NCBI GenBank assembly: GCA_951406725.2
Contig: OX597814.1
Location: forward strand, 111,662,001-111,726,000
Origin: Octopus vulgaris
Lineage: Eukaryota
Length of the DNA stretch: 64,000 nucleotides
Reading direction: 5' to 3'
Part shown: positions 13,398 to 26,227 of the stretch, in pieces
Numbering within the stretch: position 1 is the first letter of the stretch
How the letters are laid out: each line of letters opens with the position of its first letter
The notes under the pieces: model-generated
The model's database searches: none
The model's input: only the letters and a program-made list of their open reading frames with translations
What the model was told of the DNA's origin: nothing
Translations under genes and position numbers: made by a program

Positions 13398-13439
<42 letters not shown>

Positions 13440-13570
13440 TTTACCAAGTGAACCACGACGAAAAAAATATGAGAAAGATATGGTATATAATTCATTTTGT
13501 GCAGGGGGTACCTTGAGACATGTAAGTTATTTTAAGGGTTACGCAAGAGGGAAAAGGTTGAGAAACACTG
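12135..13570. mobile_element. hAT (Charlie-like) non-autonomous element with nested SINEs
   Basis: TIRs caacgtttctcaac / gttgagaaacactg. 8-bp TSD ctctaatg / ctctaaag. SINEs inside at about 12565-12775(+) and 12927-13332(-). Confidence 0.8.
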
Positions 13571-13600
13571 CTCTAAAGTATTAGAACAGAAATATATGTT

Positions 13601-13886
13601 TTAGGACGTTAAATGTTATGGCCGGTTATGGTCAGTCATAGAGTGACCATTAGTTCCGCCCCTATAAAGCGCTTAGTAGTATAGGCGACTTGTCAGGCTC
13701 AAATGGCCGAAGGCGGACGATCTCTCCACAAATGGTGGAAGACCTCTCCAAATTTCTTCTTCCAGTTGCAGAGAGGTTATGCGCCGTCGGCCATTTGAGC
13801 CTGGCGAGTCATCTATACTGCTAAGCGCTTTATAGGGACGAAACCAATGGTCACTTTATGACTAGCCATAACATTTAACTTCCTAA
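13601..13886. mobile_element. Head-to-head palindromic non-autonomous element with an HHR remnant in each arm
   Basis: Arms of about 115 bp. Right arm (+, 13797-13856): gagc CTGGCGA gtc..ctata..tatag.gac GAAA ccaatgg TC actt. Left arm (-) has CTGACAA. Inferred consensus core CTGACGA. Confidence 0.7.
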
Positions 13887-14043
13887 AGCGTGGCTGTGTG
13901 GTAAGAAGCACGCTTCTCAACCACATAGCTTCGGGTTCAGTCCCACTGCATGGCACCTTGAGAAGATATCTTCTACTATAGTCACGGGCTGGCCAAAGCC
14001 TTGGGAAGTGGATTTGACCGACGGAAACTGAAAGAAGCCCGTC

Positions 14044-14080
<37 letters not shown>

Positions 14081-14098
14081 CACTCACATACATACATA

Positions 14099-14130
<32 letters not shown>

Positions 14131-14265
14131 TGTGTATGTGTGCGTGTCTCTATTCCTGTGTTTACGTCCCTTAACTTAGCGGTTCGGCAAAAGGCCCTAT
14201 AGAATAATTATTAGGCTTCAAAAACTAATAAAAACAAGTAAAAGATGAAAGATAATATACATATA

Positions 14266-14316
<51 letters not shown>

Positions 14317-15399
14317 GTACACACACATACATACGCACATACATATGTGTGTGTGTGTGTATATATATATATATACTTAGACAAGGCTCAGCTAGAATTC
14401 GCCCTGGCCATGTCTAACTTGACAGCACCATCTCGAAAAGGCGTTTAATGTTTCATATTAAAGCCCATTCAAGTAAAGAGTAAAATGTTTGCAGAAATAT
14501 ATTCGGGGGTTGTGGTTTACCCGGAATTTGTTATTCTAGGACACGTTTGAATGTTTATGAGATTTTTTCTTCCCTTGTTTGTCTTGGCATGATGTTAACG
14601 AGAACAGGACCAGCTGAAGTGAAATAGTTCTGCCTTAAGTGCTGTGATGTGATGCAACCATGATTTTTGTTGAAGGCGGATGGTACGGGAACCAGGCCTT
14701 GGACGAATATATATTAAAATAATTACAATCAACTGTGTGCCCATTTGCTGTCATGAATGGGCTGAAGAAAATTAAGAATATGCCTATTATATTGAGGAAG
14801 CGAAATTAAAAAAATATATACAATATCTAAAATTCATCGAAAAACAGGCAACTAAAAAGTAACGGGAGATAATACAATAAAACATAATCGAGTTATTTCC
14901 CCTGCATTATAAAACCTTTGATTTTGTTCGCGTCATTATTTTCTGATGTGTTTTTTGTGTTTAAACTTTAAACGAGTTTATTTGGTCTCGCGAAAAGCTT
15001 TTTCTACTTTATGTTATCAATGCTTTTCGTCGGCTTCGAGACTCAGTTTCCGTCAACGTCACTCAGTAGGGGATCAATGAAGCAGAATGTGAATTAAGAC
15101 TAATTAATTGATCCAGAGCATAGATACTATGATTACATCCACAACGAACTACCGTTTAACTCAGAATTGTGAGAATTAACGATTGATGATCTTAGCACAT
15201 GGACAGCAAGTTGTAACATAAGGCATCAAATTTAATACATGGAACATATATTTTATTTACGGAGATGTACATGCATAGCAAGTGACCTGATCTGAGATCG
15301 TGTGCTGATGAAACAAAAACAATTGCAGCGTGGAAGGTGTTTATAAGCTATTTAAAAGCACACAAAAACCATTTGATTCAATTCAACATTTAAATCAAA

Positions 15400-15450
15400 T
15401 TTGTCAAAATATTTTCGTCGCTTTGAGACCGCGACCTGTTCACTGACAAA
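15400..15450 (-). ncRNA. Type I hammerhead ribozyme, G3-C8 core variant, inside a palindromic element (~15250-15524)
   Basis: Minus strand: tttgtca GTGAACA g gtcgc-ggtctcaaa-gcgac GAAA atat TT tgacaaa. Stem I 7 bp, stem II 5 bp, palindromic stem III. Confidence 0.7.
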
Positions 15451-16064
15451 ATTCCGCGCAGCACGGAACTTTGTCAATGAACAGGTCGCATAGCTTATAA
15501 AAACCTCCCACGCTGCAATTGTTTATATTTTATTTATTTTTATAAAGCTAATGGTGCTAAATACTCCAAAGAATCCTATGAAATTTTATAGCATTTCTTC
15601 CGGGTCGAGCATTCTCGTCAACTGATATTACAGTTATATACAAGTACAGGAATGACAGGAATGTTTCAACAGTTGAAACATTCTTGTCACAACCTGGGAT
15701 CTTGAAGACTGCAAGAAAGTATACTAGTCCCTTAATATTTGATATTTCATCTATTCAATAAGACAATCAATACTTCAACATAAACAACAGACAAAGTTGG
15801 AATTCCTTTGAATAAAATATATATATATAGTACTTTTCTTTTCTTTTCTTTTTTTTTTTTACTGGTTTCAGTCATTTGACTGCGGCCATGCTGGAGCACC
15901 GCCCTTAGTCGAGCAAATCGACCTCAGGACTTATTCTTTCTAAGCCTAGTATTTATTCTATCGGCCTCTTTTGCCGCACTGCTAGGTTACGGGGACATAA
16001 ACACACCAGCATCAGTTTTCAAGCGATGTTGGGGGACAAACACAGACATGCAAATACACACGCA

Positions 16065-16159
<95 letters not shown>

Positions 16160-16322
16160 ACACATACACACATACAACGAGGTTCTTTCAGTTCCCGCTT
16201 ACCAAATCCACTCACAAGGCTTTGGTCGGCCCAATGCTATAGTAGAAGACACTTGCCCAAGGTGCACGCGGTGTGATTGAACTCGGAAACATGCGGTTGA
16301 GAAGCAAGCTTCTTACTACACA

Positions 16323-16370
<48 letters not shown>

Positions 16371-16414
16371 TACACGTACACATACATACATACATACATA
16401 CATACATACATACA

Positions 16415-16447
<33 letters not shown>

Positions 16448-16592
16448 CCTTGTTTCTTTCTGTGTTCCTTTCTGTGGAAGAGCGTAGGCTCGAAACGTTA
16501 AAGACTTTTTCACTTCCCGAGCGTTAAACTAATACATCTGTTTCTTGTCTACACCACCTGTCTTTGCCTTTTGTTTATTTGTGAATTCTCCC
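16448..16592 (+). mobile_element. Solo 3' terminus of a Neptune-type PLE with HHR-like motif (16468-16503)
   Basis: Near-identical to the reverse complement of 33759-33900. Motif cttt CTGTGGA a gagc-gtag-gctc GAAA cg TT aaag. Flanked by microsatellites. Confidence 0.75.
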
Positions 16593-16604
16593 TATATATA
16601 TATA

Positions 16605-17101
16605 CTAGCAGTATCGCCCGGCGTTGCTCGGGTTTGTAAGGGAAATAACTATATAAGCATTTTTAGAGAGTTACTTCCCTTATAGATGCCAATTCGGGCT
16701 TTCTTAGCCATTTCTGTTTTGGTGTCTTCAAGCCATGAAGTCGTTGTTCTAAAAGAACGCTGGTCTCCTTGACAACGCTTTACGACGTTGATTTCCTTAC
16801 ACTCCCTTCCCCACACCTTCACGAGGGAGGGAAGAAGGGGGAGAAGCAAACAGGTGCAGATGTGAGCGTGGACGCCAACTCCGCCGCCATCGACACACGA
16901 AAAATCATGCATTAAAATGGAATAAAAAATGATGTTAAATTATTTTAAAAATCGTAGACTCATCGTAGACGCGCGCTAATACCCAGACGGGCTCGATATG
17001 AATCACGACTATAAGATACCCGAATTTGGTTAAACTGCACCGCAAAATGTGGGAGTAGTTAGGAATCTAAATCGAAGGGGACAGACACTCACACAACTAC
17101 A

Positions 17102-17106
<5 letters not shown>
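16605..17106 (-). mobile_element. Non-autonomous Helitron
   Basis: Minus-strand 3' end has a cccgagcaacgccggg hairpin then CTAG|T. 5' end tatataaaactgtag...gtctgtc lies in (AT)n. Internal aagggaaataact / agttacttccctt inverted motif. Confidence 0.75.
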
Positions 17107-17170
<64 letters not shown>

Positions 17171-17177
<7 letters not shown>

Positions 17178-17529
17178 ATCCAAACACGAATAAAGAGAAA
17201 ACACAACAACGCTAGGACGTGGAATAAGTATAGTGTTATTGGACGCTCAGGAAAGGAAAGAAAAGAATATTTAACGTTTCGAGAGGAGCTCTTTGTCAGA
17301 AACATAGAAAAAGGAAAGGTCCAAGGAAGGGAAGACGGAGAAAGAAAATCGCCAACGATACACATGCGATATATATATATATATATATATCCTTTTTCTA
17401 TGTTTCTGACAGAGAGCTCCTCTCGAAACGTTAAATATTCCTTTCTTTCCTTTCCTGAGAGCGTCCAATAACACTATACTTATTCCACGTCCTAGCGTTG
17501 TTGTGTTTTCTCTTTATTCGTGTTTGGAT

Positions 17530-17535
<6 letters not shown>
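17171..17535. mobile_element. Inverted pair of PLE-like 3' termini with decayed HHR motifs, in (AT)n
   Basis: 17171-17315 is the reverse complement of 17391-17535. Each carries tttCTGACA(A/G)agagctcctctcGAAAcgTTaaa. Confidence 0.75.
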
Positions 17536-17613
<78 letters not shown>

Positions 17614-17668
17614 TGTATGTATGTATGTATGTATGTATGTATGTATGTATGTATGTGTGTGTGTGTGC

Positions 17669-17707
<39 letters not shown>

Positions 17708-18170
17708 GAAGTTGACAGGCAGATAAACAAGTAGACACGATGCGTATGTTTTCATGGAGTAGAAAATAAAGAGTACGGAATAGCAAAAGCAGTTATGTAA
17801 TAGTCCTACTTTCAGCTGTTTCGAGAGGAACATGACTTATGCCATAACTACATTCTATATATATAATCCATGCTCCTACACTCTTGTACATTCAATAAAC
17901 TGGACGGGCGGAGTGTGAGAAAAGAAAAATTAAGAATATATAATAAAATAAAACTTCCCTTGTCATCCCTTCTTTCTCCCTCTTGTTACGTATGTATATG
18001 TGTGTGTATGCATACGTGTATATGTGTGTATGTGCATGCGTTTATGTGTGTGAATGTGTGTGTGTAGCGCGCACGAGTGATAGATACATGGACAGGTAGA
18101 AAGAGACAGAGAGGAGAGTGAGTGAGAGTGTGAGTGTGTGTGTGAAAGAGAGAAAGAGAATGTGTGTGTA

Positions 18171-18203
<33 letters not shown>

Positions 18204-18510
18204 ATATGTGTGTGTGTGAGATACACACACACACACAGAGAAAGAGAGTCTGTTAGCCTGTTGTGAAGTATGAAGTGGTGTATCGTACTGACGTATGTCA
18301 CAAGTGATAAGTTAATCCCCAACCGTAGAGGACTGCAGCTACGGAGCTGTATAATTATAGACATACACAGACATACATATTCACATGTACATACGTATAT
18401 TTGCGGGACCGCATGTGTCCATGTGTCTTTATAAGTTGATGCCACACGCACGCGTAAGTGTGTGCGCGTGTGTGTTTGTTAGCACTATAAGAAACGGTTG
18501 AGATTTTGTT

Positions 18511-18551
<41 letters not shown>

Positions 18552-18837
18552 ATACAATATGTTACATTACTCGGTAGTCAAGATAAAACTCTGAGTTTCA
18601 GATGCCAAAGTGGAAATCCACAACATCATCTCTTCGGTTATCTGGCTATTTGAAAACGTTATGAAAAAATACCGTTAAAAATGAAGGGAAATTACTCTGT
18701 TATAACTCTGCTTTGCCTGCGTACTTATACATCGCTCGCATTTTTCGTCATAAAAATTATATAAAAATACATAAAAATATATAAAAATATATAAAAATAT
18801 ATAAAATCTTCTTGGGACATAACACAGAAAGCATGTT

Positions 18838-19567
18838 CTATCCGTTTTCTTTAGGGGACCAAAAACGTAACAGAAATTTAGTCACATGTGGGCATGATCC
18901 GAAAAGCTCTGTCCTTGTATTTAGACATGTGGTAGGGTCTAAGCTGCTTTTCCAGATAAGCCATCTCTCCATGTCGCATAAACCGCACCTTCCGCTGCCG
19001 TTAGTATAGGGCTTACATCTGGCCAAAATCTTCCATTGTATGTTATAATCGACACCTTTATCTCTTAAAGACCAAATATGATTGGATAATTGTGTCGCTT
19101 TTCTTTTGTTCCAGTGCCTAAAGCTCAAAGTGTGGTTATTGAACCTGGCCTTGAAATTACCCTCTGTCAGGCCCACGTATTTCTTCGTCGAAACGGTGTC
19201 TTTAGTGGTTATAGAGTTTACGGTAGCTTCATATATGATGGTCTTGGACATGCAAGCTCCATTTAGCGGGCACAATTCTTTATTCCTGCATGAACAGCTG
19301 TTTTCTTCTTGTGTTTTTTGTATGTTATGATTGATTATGTTTTTAAAATTGGTAGTTGAACTAAAACTAATTTTTAAATTGTGTCTATTGAAGAGTTTCC
19401 TATAAGCATGGTTAACTGGAAAATGTCTATCTATCAGTGCTAGGAAATATTTACCTATATTGAAGGCCACCTCGGGTGAGTAAGGGGGCGTAAACCAGAT
19501 GACCTTCCTATTTCTATTATTCCTTTTCCTTATTGTTGGGCTGGTGATAGGTGTATATTTTATTTTT
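18838..19567 (-). CDS. PLE GIY-YIG endonuclease C-terminal fragment (inverted copy, frame intact)
   Basis: VIWFTPPYSPEVAFNIGK...CSCRNKELCPLNGAC...IIYEATV...YVGLTEGNFKARFNNH...CGLC. Confidence 0.85.
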
Positions 19568-19635
19568 ATTATTAAGATCTAAGGAAACGTCTAAGAAATT
19601 GACAACCGTCAGGTTAGTGTCTATAGTTATACTAA

Positions 19636-20606
19636 TTGACGGTTGTCAATTTCTTAGACGTTTCCTTAGATCTTAATAATAATATTTATAAGCCTTATAG
19701 GAAGCCCAATGATAGACTAAGTTATATTAATGTAGGTTCATGCCATCCCCCTATAGTATTCAAAAATTTAGTTAAAAATATTAGTAAGAGGATTTCTAGC
19801 CTCTCATCTAATGAGGACATCTTCAATAGCGTTGCCCCAGTTTATAATAAAGCTTTAAAAGATAGTGGTTTTAGCGAAAAAATAAAATATACACCTATCA
19901 CCAGCCCAACAATAAGGAAAAGGAATAATAGAAATAGGAAGGTCATCTGGTTTACGCCCCTTACTCACCCGAGGTGGCCTTCAATATAGGTAAATATTTC
20001 CTAGCACTGATAGATAGACATTTTCCAGTTAACCATGCTTATAGGAAACTCTTCAATAGACACAATTTAAAAATTAGTTTTAGTTCAACTACCAATTTTA
20101 AAAACATAATCAATCATAACATACAAAAAACACAAGAAGAAAACAGCTGTTCATGCAGGAATAAAGAATTGTGCCCGCTAAATGGAGCTTGCATGTCCAA
20201 GACCATCATATATGAAGCTACCGTAAACTCTATAACCACTAAAGACACCGTTTCGACGAAGAAATACGTGGGCCTGACAGAGGGTAATTTCAAGGCCAGG
20301 TTCAATAACCACACTTTGAGCTTTAGGCACTGGAACAAAAGAAAAGCGACACAATTATCCAATCATATTTGGTCTTTAAGAGATAAAGGTGTCGATTATA
20401 ACATACAATGGAAGATTTTGGCCAGATGTAAGCCCTATACTAACGGCAGCGGAAGGTGCGGTTTATGCGACATGGAGAGATGGCTTATCTGGAAAAGCAG
20501 CTTAGACCCTACCACATGTCTAAATACAAGGACAGAGCTTTTCGGATCATGCCCACATGTGACTAAATTTCTGTTACGTTTTTGGTCCCCTAAAGAAAAC
20601 GGATAG
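19636..20606 (+). pseudogene. PLE RT thumb + GIY-YIG ORF, 5'-truncated, 1-bp frameshift at ~19960
   Basis: VNFLDVSLDL...YKPYRKPND...SCHPP, then GIY-YIG. The C-run has 4 C here versus 5 in the inverted copy. Confidence 0.88.
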
Positions 20607-20800
20607 AACATGCTTTCTGTGTTATGTCCCAAGAAGATTTTATATATTTTTATATATTTTTATATATTTTTATGTATTTTTATATAATTTTTATGACGAA
20701 AAATGCGAGCGATGTATAAGTACGCAGGCAAAGCAGAGTTATAACAGAGTAATTTCCCTTCATTTTTAACGGTATTTTTTCATAACGTTTTCAAATAGCC

Positions 20801-20863
20801 AGATAACCGAAGAGATGGTGTTGTGGATTTCCACTTCGGCATCTGAAACTCAGAGTTTTATCT
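20801..20863 (+). ncRNA. HHR variant (C at core position 4) in the PLE 3' region; mirror copy at ~18581-18643(-)
   Basis: agataa CCGAAGA gatg...catc t GAAA ctcagag TT ttatct. Stem I 6 bp, near-palindromic stem III. Confidence 0.65.
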
Positions 20864-21102
20864 TGACTACCGAGTAATGTAACATATTGTATAGATAAAT
20901 TTCCTCTATTTACATAATATTGAGGTCTCTTTCTTTCTTTTGTTATCTTACCGTTTTATCAATATATATATATATATATATATATGAAATAATTACAAGC
21001 ACAACCTCAGACAAGAAGAAAGATCATAATCCGAGAATCGAACCATTTATCTAATGCATTCGAGAGATCTGGCCACACAACACAAGTAAACATTGACAAT
21101 TT

Positions 21103-21253
21103 CATTATTTACATTTGACAGATATTTGTCCTCATCTTGTTTGTTGTTAACACAACATTTCAGCTGATATACCCTCCAGCCTTCATCAGGTGTCTTGGGG
21201 AAATTTCGAACCTGAGTTCTCATTCCTAAGGTATTTTTCGATGTTGTTGTTGC

Positions 21254-21304
<51 letters not shown>

Positions 21305-21483
21305 TCACTGCTTGGAATCGAACTCGGAATCTTGGTGTTAGTAGCCCGCGCTCTTAACCACTACACCATACGCCCGTGGGCATATGGCGTAGTGGTTAAC
21401 AAACAAGATGAGGACAAATATCCGTCAAATGTAAATAGTGTAAATAATGTACATAATTCCTCATCTCTTAAATATAGAACTGT
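21103..21483. mobile_element. tRNA-headed, hammerhead-bearing palindromic retroelement with 11-bp TSD
   Basis: TSD attgacaattt at 21092-21102 and 21484-21494. Minus arm from 21375 has A-box tggtgtagtgg, B-box gagttcgattcc, (aat)n, then an HHR at 21150-21193. The plus arm from 21378 is internally deleted. Confidence 0.8.
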
Positions 21484-22285
21484 ATTGACAATTTTATATG
21501 TGAAGCACTTATAGATATTTTTTACTAGAATAAACTAACAGTGTTATCTACTCTGATATCATATGAAGATCAAAGACAATATTGTAGCCTGTCAATTATC
21601 TGATGATAGGTGGCTTACGACAGTCAGAAAGAAAAGGGGATAGCGTGAAGAAAAAAGGACAGTTATTAATACCAGGTGGAGAGGTTGTACCGAAGCGAAA
21701 GATTATTGTTTTTGACAAAGCTAGGAAACGGTTGCATACTGCAAAATGCAAGTGGGAATTAAACATGGGGAGCCAATGGAATTACTATTTCTCTGGACAT
21801 TCCACAAATGTTCCCTCTAAATGATCAGTCTGCCTCCAATCGGTTTTTCCTGAACACAGAGTCGACATTTGATACATTAGATGAGATCTTATGGAGACAG
21901 AGGTGAAGTGGTGCAGGACAAGGTTGAAAGCAAAAGTGTCGGAACATTATGAAACAAGTCCGAGTATTCTGACTTTGAATATGGAATACAATCGATGACA
22001 TAATCAAAATCTATAAAATAATGAAACTAGTTCAAACTTGCGTTCAAAATTTTGGCACAGGGCTAGCAATTTTAGGGGAAGGGTGAGTCGATTTCATCGA
22101 CCCCAGTACTCAACTGGTATTTATTTTATCGACCCCCGAGAAGATGAGGGGAAAAGTGGACCTCGGCGGAATTTGAACGTAGAACGGAAAGACAGATGAA
22201 ATGTCGCTAAGCATTTTCCCCGGCATGCCAATGATTCTGGTATCTCGCCGCCCTAAACCAGTTCGAATATTACAACCTTAACTTA

Positions 22286-23030
22286 GGCGGCGAGCTGGCA
22301 GAAACGTTAGCACGCCGGGCGAAATGCGTAGCCGTATTTCGTTTGCCGTTACGTTGTGAGTTCAAATTCCGCCGAGGTCGACTTTGCCTTTCATCCTTTC
22401 GGGGTCGATAAATTAAGTACCAGTTACGCACTGGGCCGATGTAATCGACTTAATACCTATGTATGTCCTTGTTTGTCCCCTCTATGTTTAGCCCCTTGTG
22501 GGTAATAAAGAAACAGGTATTTCGTCTGCCGCTACATTCTGATTAAATAAGTACCAATTACGCACTGAGGTCGATGTAATCGACTTAATCTGTGTGTCTG
22601 TCCTTGTTTGTCCCCTCTGTGTTTAGCCCCTTGTGAGTAGTAAAGAAATAGGTATTTCGTCTGCCGCTACGTTCTGAGTTCAAATTCCGCCGAAGTCGAC
22701 TTTGCCTTTCATCCTTCCGGGGTCGATAAATTAAGTACCAGTTACGCACTGGGGTCGATATAATCGACTTCATCCATTTGTCTGTCTTTGATTGTTCCCT
22801 CTGTGTGTAGCTCCTTGTGGGCAGTAAAGAAATAAGAAACGTTAGCACGCCGGGCGAAATGCTTATCGGTATTTCGTCTGTTTTTACATTCTGAGTTCAA
22901 ATTCCGACGAGGTCGACTTTGCATTTCATCCTTTCGGGGTCGATAAATTAAGTACCAGTTGCGTACTGGGGCTGATCTAATCGACTGCCCCTACTCTCCC
23001 AAAATTTCGGGCTTTGTGCCTAGAAAAGAA
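22286..23030 (+). mobile_element. Head-to-tail multimer of a tRNA-derived SINE (family A: ggcggcgagctggcagaaacgttagc...gagttcaaattcc...cctttcatcctttcggggtcgataaa)
   Basis: About four partial units in tandem. Dispersed copies at 5755-5965(-), 12565(+), 22050-22255(-), 24062(+), 38516(+), 46740-46968(-) and 50967(+). Confidence 0.8.
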
Positions 23031-23326
23031 AAGAATCGTTACCGCGCCGGAAAATATGCTTACTCTTTCACTCTTACTTGTTTCAGTCATTTGACTGTGG
23101 CCATGCTGGAGCAGCGCCTTTAGTCGAGCAAATCGACCCCAGGACTTATTCTTTGTAAGCCTAGTACTTATTCTATCGGTCTTTTTTGCCGAACCGCTAA
23201 GTGACGGGGACGTAAACACACCAGCATCGGTTGTCAAGCGATGTTGGACAAACACAGACACACAAACGTATGCACACACATACATATATATATTTATATA
23301 CATACATACATACATACATACATACT

Positions 23327-23368
<42 letters not shown>

Positions 23369-25119
23369 CGACGGGCTTCTTTCAGTTTCCGTTTACCAAA
23401 TCCACTCACAATAGTTCGGTCGGCCCGAGGCTATAATAGAAGACACTTGCCCAAGGTGCCACGCAATGGGACTGAACCCGGAACCATGTGGTTCGTAAGC
23501 AAGCTACTTAGCACACCGCCACTCCTACGCCTATAGCTGTATTTCTACCGACTTTACGTTCTGAGTTCAAATGCTGCCGGGGTCGATTTTGCCTTTCATC
23601 CTTTTGGGGTCGATATAATAAGAACTGGTTGACTTTCCTCCCTTTCCTGAAGTTGGTGGCCTTGTGCCAAACTTCAAACCAACTTTACAACCTTGATAAC
23701 GCAAACGTCGACATAATTAAAACTCTTTGACATAACGGAGCTATACCATGAAGATCGATAAATTTAGGCATCAAAACGGAAACATAAGAAATTTAAAAAC
23801 ATTTTCAGACATGGAATCGCCACAGGCCTCGGCAGTCTTTTTTCTTAAATTTTGATTTTTTAAATTAAAACGTGATTTCCAATCGTAATTTCCAATCGTA
23901 ATAAACAGCTACCAGTGTTAATATAATTAATGGAGTTAGAAATGTCAATTCATTAAAATTACATTGAAGATAAATGTTAATTAAAATTGATCCTAAGGCG
24001 TGAATTGGTAGAACTGTTAGCGTGCCGGACAAAACGCTTAGCAGTATTTCGTCCGTCCTAAGGCGGCGAGCTGGCAGAAACGTTAGCACGCCGGGCGAAA
24101 TGCTTAGCAGTATTTCGTCCTTTCGGGGTTGATAAATTAAGTACCAGTTACGCACTAAGGTCGATGTAATCGAGTTAATCTCTTTGTCTGTCCTTGTTTG
24201 TCCCCTCTATTTTTAGCCCCTTGTGGGGATTAAAGAAACAAGAAACGTTAGCACGCCGGGCGAAATGCTTAGCGGTATTTTGAGCTGCACACTTGACGCC
24301 ACTGCTTTGACACATTTATAGTAGAAGACACTTGCCCAAGGTGCCACGTAGTGGGACTGAACCCGGAACCATGTGGTTGGTAAGCAAGCTACTTACCACA
24401 CAGCCACTCCTACGCCTATAAAGTAGGTTTTCCGTACGCATGGTACTCGAACCCACACTCCTCTGCTTACGCGACCGAGTGTGCTACCGACTTCACTAAG
24501 AAAGTATTAACATTAATTGTATAAAAAAACATTAATATAAATATTTTGTGTATCGTAGAAATATAAACAAGTTATTACACAATAATTTTAACATAAAAAT
24601 CGTACATCGTATATGCGTAGGAGTGGCTTTGTGGTAAGTAGCTTGCTTCCCAATCACATGGTTCCGGGTTCAGTCCCACTACGTGGCACCTTGGGCAAGT
24701 GTCTTCTGCTATAGCCTCGGGCTGACCAAAGCCTTGTGAGTGAATTTAGTAGATGGAAACTGAAAGAAGCTCGTCGTATGTATGTATGTATGTATGTATG
24801 TATGTATGTATGTATGTATATATATGGAGGCGCAATGGCCTAGTGGTTAGGGCTGCGGACTCGCTGTCGTAGGATCGCGGTTTCGATTCCCAGACCGGGC
24901 GTTGTGAGTGTTTATTGAGCGAAAACACTTAAAGCTCCACGAGGCTCCGGCAGGGGGTGGGGGTGGCGATCCCTGCTGTACTCTTTCGCCACAACTTTCT
25001 CTCACTCTTTCTTCTGTTGGCCTGCTCGCTTAGCCAGCGGCGAAGCGCATTGTGACCAGCGATGTGTAACAACATCTGATGGCCTGGTCGATCACGGTGA
25101 TCACGGTGATATATATATA

Positions 25120-25150
<31 letters not shown>

Positions 25151-25816
25151 TTGTGTGTTTGTGTTTGTCCCCCAACATCGCTTGACAACCAATGATGGTG
25201 TGTTGACGTCCCCGTAACTTAGCGGCTCGCCAATAGAGACCGATAGAATAAGTACTAGGCTTACAAAGAATAAGTCCTGGTGTCGATTTGCTCGACTGAA
25301 ACAAGTAAAAGAGAGAAAGAAAGTATGGAGACCAAAGGTCCATGTGGACCCCGGTTGAGAACCACTGGTTCCAGGTATATCACGTTTCTTGTTCCTTTTG
25401 TACATCCGTAAGTTCTGTTGGTGGCTGCAGAAGGCGTGAAAGCTCGTAGCCTAGTGGCTAAGGTGTTGCATACCCAATCACAAGATCGTGGTTTCGATTC
25501 GCGGACCTGGCGGAGCGATGTGTTTTTGAACAAGACACTTCATTTCATGTTGCTCCAGTCTGCTCTGCTGTAAATGAGTGACCCTGAGACGGACTTGCGA
25601 ATCATGTTGTGATCTCGGTTACTTATACGTCATAGAAATCGGGTAACCAGCCCTATGAATCCAATGAATCGGAACAGTACACACTACAGAAGGAAGCGGG
25701 CAAGATGAACCGCCAAGAAAGAAACCCCTGTGAGACCATTCGTTCTGCTAGGATTTATCAGTCAAATTCTTTTACCTTTATCCTACCATTCCTCTTATAA
25801 AATGTAGAAAGTTTAT

Positions 25817-26227
25817 AGGCGCAGGTGTGGCTGTGTGGTAAGTAGCTTGCTTACCAACCACATGACTTCGGGTTCAGTCCCACAGCGTGGCACCTTGGAT
25901 AAGTGTCTTCTACTATAGCCTCGGGCCGACCAAAGCCTTGTGAGTGGATTTGGTAGACAGAAACTGAAAGAAGCCCGTCGTATATATGTATATATATGTG
26001 TATGTGTGTTTATGTTTGTGTGTCTGTATTTGTCCCCACCCCACATCGCTTGACAACCGATGCTGGTGTGTTTATGTCACCGTAACGTAGCGGTTCGGCA
26101 AAAAGAGACCGATAGAATAAGTACTAGGCTTACAAAGAATAAGTCCTGGGGTTGATTTCCTCGACTAAAGGCGGTGCTCCTGCATGGCCGCAGTCAAATG
26201 ACTGAAACAAGTAAAAGAATAAAGAGT
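25817..26227 (+). mobile_element. Full-length tRNA-derived SINE (family B) with internal (TA)(TG) microsatellite
   Basis: A-box tggctgtgtgg, B-box gggttcagtcc, tail gactgaaacaagtaaaaga. Copies at 12927-13332(-), 13888(+), 15860-16327(-), 23062-23533(-), 35195(+), 36650-37035(-) and 58254-59975(+). Confidence 0.8.

Larger units (their letters stand above)
18547..20962. mobile_element. Naiad-type Penelope-like element, 5'-truncated, head-to-head inverted structure in (AT)n
   Basis: 18547-19567 is the reverse complement of 19878-20897. A short second inversion lies at 19568-19635. Encodes RT thumb and GIY-YIG domains. Confidence 0.92.

Noticed and set aside
18838-20606. Possible selenoprotein-type Naiad (in-frame UGA plus SECIS, reported for some Naiads)
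   Set aside because: The Cys positions visible here are TGT/TGC and the ORF ends in TAG. The 60-64 kb element has no in-frame TGA within the window, but its endonuclease lies outside it.
21301-21375. Functional tRNA gene (also SINE heads at 24828 and 36177)
   Set aside because: A and B boxes are present, but the acceptor and T stems pair poorly and the heads are attached to repeat bodies.
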